From: Bacillota bacterium
Lineage (GTDB): Bacteria > Bacillota > Clostridia > TANB77 > CAG-465
NCBI GenBank assembly: GCA_023460515.1
Contig: JAEWPS010000011.1
Coordinates: 8,023 to 48,022 of the forward strand
Direction: 5' to 3'
DNA length: 40,000 nt
Below are positions 10,023 to 17,201 of the stretch, piece after piece. The first letter of the stretch is position 1. Each line of letters begins with the position of its first letter. The notes under the pieces are model-generated. The model had not been told where the DNA came from, did not search any database, and was given only the letters and a program-made list of their open reading frames with translations. Made by a program: the position numbers and the translations under genes.

Positions 10023-13000
10023 ATATTTCAATCTCCTTACCTAGTTTAAACGAATATATATATACTTTACCTACAGTTTTATTTGTTAGCTTTTCTATTG
10101 CCTCTTTATATATGTCTAATTGCAATTTATATCTAGAGACGTATTCTTCTTCATCTAATAGATTATCTGTCTTAAAATCTACCAATGTGTACGTATTATC
10201 CTCGTTTCGATAATACATATCTATAACCCCTTGTATTACACTTTTAGAAAACTTTTCGTCTTTTAAAACAAACTCTGTTTCTCTTTTTACCTGCTTACTT
10301 ATAACAATTTCTTTTCCAATTTTTGAATTTAAAAATCCATATATTTGATTTACATTTATTTGTTTTTTATCATTTAAATTAATAACTTTATTTTCTAACA
10401 GCTTTTCTATATACTCACAGATATCTTCTTTAGTTTTTATATTTGTAAAATCTAAATGCTCAAGTATAAAATGAATTAAAGTACCTTTTCTTGCAGCTGT
10501 ATATTTTAACTCTTTATTTTCTAGACATTCTGGTTTTTTTAAAACTGTCGAATTATTTATAACTTTATCTTCATCATTATTACTTTTTTTAAGTTCGCTA
10601 ACACTTATTCTTTTGTTTGCAATAACGTCATCCATATATTTATAATTGTATTCTATATTATTTTTTAATATATCTGCTTCATTTTCTATCTGCTTTTTTT
10701 GAATTTCATTTTTTAAATCGTATTCACTAGATAAAACACTCACAATATTATTTGAAACTGTTTTTTGACTGTTTATTATATTGTTTATATTTTCTTTACT
10801 TTTAACATCTATTACATTTATATCAAATAAATCTAACTTATCGTCTACATTTCCACTTATCTGAGAATATAGAGCCATTAATATATTATCTATATATGTA
10901 TTATTTTTCTTTATTAAAGCAGTATCTATCTTACCTTCTTTATACATTAAAAACATCGATGAAATTTTTTTAGTATAATCTTTCATAGTAGAAAATATAA
11001 TTAATTTTTCTTTTGCACGAGTTAATGCAACATACAACATTCTAAGTTCCTCAGATTTCATACTTCTAATCATACTAGTTTTTATTCCCTCTTTTATAAC
11101 TGAAGGATATGTTATATTTAAATCTTCGTTAACAACATTTACTCCTATACCCAATTTATGATCTAGAAGTGTAGTAGCAGTTATATCTTTTGTAATATAC
11201 TTAACATTAGTTGCAGCAAGTATAACTATTGGAAATTCTAATCCTTTACTTTTATGTATGGTCATTATTCTTACAACATTTTCATTTTCACCAATTACTT
11301 TTGCAGTCATACTATCACCAGACGATTTATCTTTTAATGATTCTATATATAATATAAAAGAATATATAGAACTATTTTCATCAAACCTGATTGCAACATC
11401 TATTAAACTATCTAAATTTATTTTAGACTCATTTGATTTACTAAAAATTAGTACCTGATTATATAAACTTGTTTCTTTATATACTCTAGCTAATATTTCA
11501 GCTACATTATAAATTTCAGCATATTCTTTAAATTTCTTTATTAGGTATATGAAATTGTTTATTTTATCTAATAATTGGCTATTTTCATCATCTGGAACAT
11601 TATTTAAACAATTGTATATATAGTCTTTATTATTATAATTTTTAATTTTATATATTTCATCAAGCGTAAATTTTCCAACTATACTATACATTAAACTTAC
11701 CATTTCAATATCTTGCAATGGATTATCTACAATCTTTAAAAAAGATAAAACAAGTTTTACTTCATCATTATCAAATAAATTTAAATTACTATCTGAAAAT
11801 GCTTGTATATTATTCTGTTTTAATATTGTGGTTAATATATTACCTTTATCCTTTATATTTCTAAGTAATATAACTATATCTTTATATTTTGCATTTATAA
11901 AAGTTTTAGTTTCCATGTTATATACTTTAAATGGATTTACATTCACTATATTGTTTATTTTTTCTGCTATATATCTTGCCTCTATTTCAAAATTTTTAAG
12001 TTCATTTATATATTCTAAAGTATCGGAATCAGTATTATCTAATTCTTCATTATCCTCTTCATAATCTAAATTCTTATCATCTTCTATGTCTTTTACATCT
12101 AATATATTAATTTCACATTTATAATTGTTTTCGTCGTTTTTTATATATCTATCATTACCAAATTCAAGCATTTCACCATCTGTATAGTTTGAATCGCCTA
12201 GATAACTACTCATTATTTGTGCAAATATGTAATTTATACTATCCAAAACATTTTTTCTACTTCTAAAATTTTTAGCAAGTATTATTTTAACTCCACCACA
12301 GTCATTTGACACATCATCACTCGAAGTAATAGTTGGATATGTTAAATATTTATAATTAAAAATTTCAGGCATAGCTTGTCTAAATTTATATATACTTTGT
12401 TTAATATCTCCTACCATAAATCTATTATTACTATTTGATACAGCATTTAATATTGCTTCTTGCACAAAACTTATATCTTGATATTCATCAGTGTAAACTT
12501 CTAAAAATTTTTCTTTATACTTTTTAGCTTGCTCAGTAGGTATATATTCATATTTTCCATCTATTAGTTCTTTATTTACTAATACTTCTAAAGCTAAATG
12601 TTCAATATCATTAAAATCTATATAATTAGATTCCTTTTTCAAATCTTTATATGTAGCATCACATTTTTCTAAAAAATTATACATATACTCTAAATATTTA
12701 TAGGTGTTTTTTAAATCTTGCAATATATCCTGGCTATTTGCATATATGTTACTTTTTATCTTTTTAACTTCATCTTTTATAACAGTTTGTCTAAATTTTT
12801 TTAATTTTTCCTTTAACTGTTCATCGGCTACTTTGTTGCGTGGAAGCATTGCATACTCAATCATATTAAGATTTTCAAAAAGTGAATTCCACGAATTATT
12901 ACTACACTTAACACATCTATTAATATTTTCTAAATCCATTTCAAGCATTTGAATGTGTTTTATAAAATCTTCATTACCCTTAATTTCGTCTATCATTTTA

Positions 13001-13698
13001 TTTATTTTAAGTGATATAATAGATAATTCAGAAATAACATTATCGTAAATTTCTTTTCCGAAATCTAAACTATATAAATCTGTACTTAAATCTTGTACGT
13101 TATATTTGTTTATTTTATCTTTAAGCCATTCTAACGGATACTCAAAACTATTTATATATGTATAGATTTTAAGCATTTGATCCAAAAATTCATCATCTTT
13201 ATTATTAAATAAAGTAAGTATATTATATAGACCAAAATTACCCTCCTCATAACTTGTATAAGCATTCTCAAGTTCATTGTTAAATGCCTTTATCTTAAGC
13301 AATTTTGAGGTTGCTTCATCACATATTGAAACATTCGGATCAATACCTAAATTATAGAAATTAGAACGTATAACTTCTAAACAAAATGAATGTATTGTAG
13401 TTATAGTTGCTCTATTTAAATAACTTAATTGCTTTTTTAAATTAGAATTATTCTTATCTTCATCTATAGCTTTATATATAGCAACTAATAATTTTTCTTT
13501 TAATTCAACAGCTGATGCATTTGTGAAAGTTACAACTAATATTTCATCAATATTTATTTGTGATGTTATAACCTTAGATATAACTCTCTCAACTAACACA
13601 GCAGTTTTACCACTACCTGCAGAAGCTGAAACCAATATGTTATTTCCATTTACATCAATCGCTAGTTTTTGTTGACTAGTCCACACTTTATCATTCAT
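10015..13698 (-). CDS. addA: ATP-dependent helicase/nuclease AddA (RecB-like)
   Basis: UvrD-type helicase motifs (SASAGSGKTAVLVER, VDEYQD-like TDEYQDIS, TIHKSKGLEFP, LYVALTRAK). C-terminal RecB-family nuclease motif (GVIDMYY...LVDFKTD...Y..QL..Y). Length is 1227 aa. Confidence 0.9.
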   Translation of the reverse strand: MNDKVWTSQQKLAIDVNGNNILVSASAGSGKTAVLVERVISKVITSQINIDEILVVTFTNASAVELKEKLLVAIYKAIDEDKNNSNLKKQLSYLNRATITTIHSFCLEVIRSNFYNLGIDPNVSICDEATSKLLKIKAFNNELENAYTSYEEGNFGLYNILTLFNNKDDEFLDQMLKIYTYINSFEYPLEWLKDKINKYNVQDLSTDLYSLDFGKEIYDNVISELSIISLKINKMIDEIKGNEDFIKHIQMLEMDLENINRCVKCSNNSWNSLFENLNMIEYAMLPRNKVADEQLKEKLKKFRQTVIKDEVKKIKSNIYANSQDILQDLKNTYKYLEYMYNFLEKCDATYKDLKKESNYIDFNDIEHLALEVLVNKELIDGKYEYIPTEQAKKYKEKFLEVYTDEYQDISFVQEAILNAVSNSNNRFMVGDIKQSIYKFRQAMPEIFNYKYLTYPTITSSDDVSNDCGGVKIILAKNFRSRKNVLDSINYIFAQIMSSYLGDSNYTDGEMLEFGNDRYIKNDENNYKCEINILDVKDIEDDKNLDYEEDNEELDNTDSDTLEYINELKNFEIEARYIAEKINNIVNVNPFKVYNMETKTFINAKYKDIVILLRNIKDKGNILTTILKQNNIQAFSDSNLNLFDNDEVKLVLSFLKIVDNPLQDIEMVSLMYSIVGKFTLDEIYKIKNYNNKDYIYNCLNNVPDDENSQLLDKINNFIYLIKKFKEYAEIYNVAEILARVYKETSLYNQVLIFSKSNESKINLDSLIDVAIRFDENSSIYSFILYIESLKDKSSGDSMTAKVIGENENVVRIMTIHKSKGLEFPIVILAATNVKYITKDITATTLLDHKLGIGVNVVNEDLNITYPSVIKEGIKTSMIRSMKSEELRMLYVALTRAKEKLIIFSTMKDYTKKISSMFLMYKEGKIDTALIKKNNTYIDNILMALYSQISGNVDDKLDLFDINVIDVKSKENINNIINSQKTVSNNIVSVLSSEYDLKNEIQKKQIENEADILKNNIEYNYKYMDDVIANKRISVSELKKSNNDEDKVINNSTVLKKPECLENKELKYTAARKGTLIHFILEHLDFTNIKTKEDICEYIEKLLENKVINLNDKKQINVNQIYGFLNSKIGKEIVISKQVKRETEFVLKDEKFSKSVIQGVIDMYYRNEDNTYTLVDFKTDNLLDEEEYVSRYKLQLDIYKEAIEKLTNKTVGKVYIYSFKLGKEIEIYE

Positions 13699-13760
13699 AA
13701 GTTCACCTCATGCAAATATTATATCATATGTTTTTTAAAATTAAAAGAAATATATTAATT

Positions 13761-13797
13761 AAAAAACAAAAGATACCACTTTTATCAAGAGGTATCT
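13761..13797 (-). terminator. Rho-independent terminator after the 411-aa gene
   Basis: AGATACC/GGTATCT stem followed by TTTGTTTTTT on the minus strand. Confidence 0.7.
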
Positions 13798-13806
13798 CAT
13801 TGTAAA

Positions 13807-15042
13807 TTATAATATATAAAGTGCTACACGAAATGATAGACTACCATTTGCTGAATTATCCGTCCTACCAACACGATAAGACGCTGGATTGGTACTACCT
13901 GAATTGTTATAATAACCACCCCTATCAAAGCAAACTGATATCATATACATTTCATTTGTCCATTCTGTTGTATTTCCCGCTAAATCATATATATTATTTG
14001 CTTTCCAATATTCGCTAAATCCTGTAACTTGTAACGTTCCATTACCTGTAACATTTGCAGGTGATGTTGAATCTTTATAATTTCCCCATGATGAGGAATT
14101 AGTTGATACATTTATGCTAGAATTTTCTAGCCATTTCATGGTTGTATCCCATTGTGTTCCTGTTACAAGTCCACTTTTAACTTCTGCTGTTGTATACATT
14201 GATTCAGCTGCCACTTTTGCATTACTGTAATTTATATTATTCCAAACCGTTGCAAGTTTTTTACTAACTAATATATTAGTATCTTGTTTACCCGCCTCAT
14301 ATCTTGCTATATAGAAACCTCCATATTTAGATATTTGGTCTATTTCACTTATTATTCCCGTTGGTAATGTATCATCTATTGATGGTGTATATGAAAATCC
14401 TTTTGTACACCATTTTAAATAAGTTACATTTGTTCCATCTACTGGTACCCATACAAATTGGTTTCCTTTATCATCTTCTATTACTAATCCTTTATTCCAA
14501 TCTGTTGGCCATATTGCACCATCATTTATTGCTTTAAATCCTTTTGGTATTAATGGGTTATTATATGCCACAACTAACCCGTTTACAGTTGAGTTAACTT
14601 GTGCTATAGTATTTACCCCTAACCCTTGTTGCAATGGAAGAGTTGTACCTTCATTTGATAGTCTCATTTCTTCAAACCAATCTTTTTCTTTTTGAACTGT
14701 TCCAACATAAACTAAAGTACCTTTTTGTATTTCAAATTTTTTTCCATCTTCTAGTGATATACTAGTTATATATTGCTTAATTGTATTGGTCACGTCTCCA
14801 CCATTCCAAATACTTTTGTTAAATGTATTTGGATTAAATGTATTATCTTGTAGATACATATTTGATATAGCAATTGCAAGTTCTGAATTATATTCACTTA
14901 TATTAGACTTAAAAACTGCTATATTTGCTTGTTCTATAGAATTATTATTTATAAAATTTAGCATTACAGCACCTGCTACTATTATTATAACTATTATTGT
15001 TATAACTAATAATATTAATGATATACCTTGATTTCTTTTCAA
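13807..15042 (-). CDS. Prepilin-like-leader protein with C-terminal FGE-sulfatase (SUMF1)-fold domain, 411 aa
   Basis: TTG start with GGAGGA 8 nt upstream. N-terminus is MKRNQG-ISLILLVITIIVIIIVAGA. C-terminal motifs are GNQFVWVPV, GFYIARYEA, GTQWD, NIYDLAGNTTEWTNE, RGGYY and SFRVALY. It is a paralogue of the 815- and 782-aa proteins. Confidence 0.85.
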   Translation of the reverse strand: MKRNQGISLILLVITIIVIIIVAGAVMLNFINNNSIEQANIAVFKSNISEYNSELAIAISNMYLQDNTFNPNTFNKSIWNGGDVTNTIKQYITSISLEDGKKFEIQKGTLVYVGTVQKEKDWFEEMRLSNEGTTLPLQQGLGVNTIAQVNSTVNGLVVAYNNPLIPKGFKAINDGAIWPTDWNKGLVIEDDKGNQFVWVPVDGTNVTYLKWCTKGFSYTPSIDDTLPTGIISEIDQISKYGGFYIARYEAGKQDTNILVSKKLATVWNNINYSNAKVAAESMYTTAEVKSGLVTGTQWDTTMKWLENSSINVSTNSSSWGNYKDSTSPANVTGNGTLQVTGFSEYWKANNIYDLAGNTTEWTNEMYMISVCFDRGGYYNNSGSTNPASYRVGRTDNSANGSLSFRVALYIL

Positions 15043-15109
15043 TTAAAGTTCCTCCAATTCTTCAATTATATGAAAATTATAATATTCATATAATTGAACT
15101 AATTTAAAA

Positions 15110-15138
15110 ATTATATAATATATTTATTTTTTTGTCAA
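15110..15138 (-). promoter_or_regulatory. Putative promoter of the 411-aa gene
   Basis: Minus strand: TTGACA (15138-15133), 17 nt, TATAAT (15115-15110). Confidence 0.55.
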
Positions 15139-15241
15139 CGAATTAATAGAAAGTTTTACATTTTTGTATAATTTTGTAATATTTAGTTGATTATTTAGAT
15201 TAATATAATTTTCACTAAATTTGAAATCTATAATAATTTTA

Positions 15242-15272
15242 TAAAAAAATAGCCCAGATTTTTTCAATCTGA
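15242..15272 (-). terminator. Weak terminator after the 131-aa gene
   Basis: CAGATT/AATCTG stem (15255-15260 / 15266-15271), followed on the minus strand by GGCTATTTTTTT. Confidence 0.4.
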
Positions 15273-15283
15273 ACCATTTAAAA

Positions 15284-15679
15284 TTACATTCCCAGTTTGT
15301 ACTTTTCAATAAACCTCTTTGTGCCCATACCTTTTGCATTTGAACGATCAATTGCATTCCAAATTGCTCTTGATACGCTAAGCTCTGTAACAGAATAAAT
15401 TTCTGCAATTGCAGGATAAACATCCTTAGACAAAGAGTATTTTTCTTTATTCTTCAATTTCTCATATACAATATTAATTGCACTAACAAGGTAATTAAAC
15501 CCACTGCCATTAAGGGAAATTTTGTTATTTAAAAGATATTTTCTTATATCAGGATTATCTAACTTATTCTTTTTAATTTTCCTTTTATTATTTGTTATAA
15601 TATAATCAGCTTCTTTAATGTTAGTTGTTATCCGAATTAATACATCTTCACCAATAAATACATTTACTACTTTTTTCAT
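15284..15679 (-). CDS. Receiver-less Spo0A C-terminal-domain-like protein, 131 aa (divergent)
   Basis: The C-terminal half (GFNYLVSAINIVYE...LSKDVYPAIAEIYSVTELSVSRAIWNAIDRS) is collinear with the Spo0A DNA-binding domain (IKGY.YL..AI......L.....LYP.IA......S.VERAIRHAIE). The N-terminal ~35 aa are shared with the 177-aa and 53-aa neighbours. Confidence 0.7.
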   Translation of the reverse strand: MKKVVNVFIGEDVLIRITTNIKEADYIITNNKRKIKKNKLDNPDIRKYLLNNKISLNGSGFNYLVSAINIVYEKLKNKEKYSLSKDVYPAIAEIYSVTELSVSRAIWNAIDRSNAKGMGTKRFIEKYKLGM

Positions 15680-15736
15680 TAGAATCTTCCTTTCACAAAA
15701 ATTATTTTATGATAATTTCGATTATTCAATGATAAT

Positions 15737-15765
15737 ATTATATATCAATTTACATAAAAAGTCAA
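15737..15765 (-). promoter_or_regulatory. Putative promoter of the 131-aa gene
   Basis: Minus strand: TTGACT (15765-15760), 17 nt, TATAAT (15742-15737). Confidence 0.55.
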
Positions 15766-15781
15766 TCCAAATTTAAAATAT

Positions 15782-15816
15782 ACAGAAAAACAACCTCACA
15801 AATTTGTAAGGTTGTT
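15782..15816 (-). terminator. Rho-independent terminator after the 177-aa gene
   Basis: AACAACCT (15789-15796) pairs with AGGTTGTT (15809-15816). TTTCTGTA follows on the minus strand. Confidence 0.6.
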
Positions 15817-15831
15817 CATGTTTATGTATTT

Positions 15832-16365
15832 TTATTTTTTAAGTCTAAATTCCTCAGCTATGCCAGAAAGAAATTCAGAATTTGTAGACTTCGTTTTACC
15901 GGAAGCAAGCGGCAAGACAAAAAGTCTATTTAACACCTCTTTATTTCCTCTGTTAAATGATATTTCAATACCGTGCCTTATTGCACGCTCTACTTTATTT
16001 GGAGTTGTTTTGAATATTTCTGAGACTTTTGGATAAAGATCTTTAGTAACCGAGTTAATTATATCCGGGTCGTTTATAAGAATTTTTATTGCCTCAATTG
16101 TATATCTATACCCTTTTATGTTCGGCAATATTCCAATGCTTATAAGCAGTTCAGAAATATCAATTTCAAGCTGATTTGATTTTTCTACCTTTGGATTATT
16201 TGAAGACGTAGTCTCCAGTTTTTTAACAGTTTCTTTAAAAGCAGATGTTGAGGTTATTGTACCATCACCATTTATTATAAAATCAGCCTTTGTCGGATCA
16301 GTTGTTATCCGAACAGCTACCTCTTCGCTTTCAAAATATACACTAATAGTTTTAATTTTTTCCAT
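15832..16365 (-). CDS. Receiver-less Spo0A C-terminal-domain protein, 177 aa
   Basis: Residues ~65-177 (IGILPNIKGYRYTIEAIKILINDPDIINSVTKDLYPKVSEIFKTTPNKVERAIRHGIEISFNRGN...KTKSTNSEFLSGIAEEFRL) match the Spo0A C-terminal DNA-binding domain nearly motif for motif, including ERAIRH and PTNSEFI-like. The N-terminus is only ~40 aa, not a CheY-like receiver. Confidence 0.87.
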   Translation of the reverse strand: MEKIKTISVYFESEEVAVRITTDPTKADFIINGDGTITSTSAFKETVKKLETTSSNNPKVEKSNQLEIDISELLISIGILPNIKGYRYTIEAIKILINDPDIINSVTKDLYPKVSEIFKTTPNKVERAIRHGIEISFNRGNKEVLNRLFVLPLASGKTKSTNSEFLSGIAEEFRLKK

Positions 16366-16419
16366 AATTTTTCTCTCCTTTTAAATTTTTAATTAGAAAT
16401 AAAATAATATACAAATAAT

Positions 16420-16448
16420 ATTATACTATAACACAGCAAAAAAGTCAA
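16420..16448 (-). promoter_or_regulatory. Putative promoter of the 177-aa gene
   Basis: Minus strand: TTGACT (16448-16443), 17 nt, TATAAT (16425-16420). Confidence 0.6.
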
Positions 16449-16461
16449 TACTTATGTAAAT
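16441..16461 (-). repeat. 21-nt exact direct repeat, copy 1 (covers the -35 box and upstream flank)
   Basis: AAAGTCAATACTTATGTAAAT is identical to 16742-16762. Confidence 0.9.
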
Positions 16462-16501
16462 CTAAGTGTTTTTATAACCTATTTTAGCTGTATCTCACCA
16501 T

Positions 16502-16663
16502 TCATTTTGCAAATATATAATAATCTGTTGGATCATTTGGAAAAATTGCCATTATAGTTCCATTGCCTTTTATTATTATGTCCGCCTTTTCTAAATTATT
16601 TCCTATTTTAATACTTAGATTATCACTTTCAAAATATACTTCTACTAATTTACATTTTTTCAT
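16502..16663 (-). CDS. 53-aa protein made only of the N-terminal module of the Spo0A_C-like paralogues (not in ORF track)
   Basis: Own translation: MKKCKLVEVYFESDNLSIKIGNNLEKADIIIKGNGTIMAIFPNDPTDYYIFAK. It aligns with MEKIKTISVYFESEEVAVRITTDPTKADFIINGDGTITS of the 177-aa protein. It has RBS AAGGAGAG and its own promoter. Confidence 0.55.
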   Translation of the reverse strand: MKKCKLVEVYFESDNLSIKIGNNLEKADIIIKGNGTIMAIFPNDPTDYYIFAK

Positions 16664-16720
16664 AATCTATATCTCTCCTTTTTAAATTATTACATAAGGA
16701 TTAATTTTGTTTAGACGTTA

Positions 16721-16749
16721 ATTATATATTAATTTATTACTAAAGTCAA
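16721..16749 (-). promoter_or_regulatory. Putative promoter of the 53-aa ORF
   Basis: Minus strand: TTGACT (16749-16744), 17 nt, TATAAT (16726-16721). Confidence 0.55.
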
Positions 16750-16762
16750 TACTTATGTAAAT
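16742..16762 (-). repeat. 21-nt exact direct repeat, copy 2
   Basis: AAAGTCAATACTTATGTAAAT is identical to 16441-16461. Confidence 0.9.
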
Positions 16763-16780
16763 TAAAATGTGCATGAGCTA

Positions 16781-16820
16781 TTAAAAAATAAAAGGTATGT
16801 TAAAAAACTAACATACCTTT
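16781..16820 (-). terminator. Rho-independent terminator after the HIT gene
   Basis: AAAGGTATGTT (16791-16801) pairs with AACATACCTTT (16810-16820). TATTTTTTAA follows on the minus strand. Confidence 0.7.
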
Positions 16821-16842
16821 TATTATTATATTTCTATATAAA

Positions 16843-17193
16843 CTATTCGTGAACTATTTTTTCACCAAGATGTCTACCACCTAATAAGTGAAAATGTATA
16901 TGATTAACTACTTGACCACCATCTTCACCGCAATTGCAAATAACTCTATATCCAGATTTATCTACACCAGATAATTTTGCAACTTCTTTTATAGCAAGAT
17001 ATACTTGTTTTATATATTCACTATTATCTACAGTTACATCATTCATACATGAAATATGTAACTTAGGAATTACTAAAACATGAACTGGAGCTACTGGATG
17101 TATATCTTTAAAAGCTAAAACATATTCATTTTCATATACTTTTTCAGAACCTACTTCACCCTTTATTATTTTACAAAACAAACAATTATCCAT
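16843..17193 (-). CDS. HIT family nucleotide hydrolase (HinT-like)
   Basis: N-terminal CLFCKII and the histidine triad NHIHFHLLGG. It lies 8 nt downstream of alaS. Confidence 0.9.
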   Translation of the reverse strand: MDNCLFCKIIKGEVGSEKVYENEYVLAFKDIHPVAPVHVLVIPKLHISCMNDVTVDNSEYIKQVYLAIKEVAKLSGVDKSGYRVICNCGEDGGQVVNHIHFHLLGGRHLGEKIVHE

Positions 17194-17201
17194 GATTCCT
17201 C

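Noticed and set aside
15124-15423. 99-aa ORF overlapping the 3' end of the 131-aa Spo0A_C-like gene
   Set aside because: It is out of frame with a better-supported gene and runs across that gene's terminator and the promoter of the 411-aa gene. It has no RBS.
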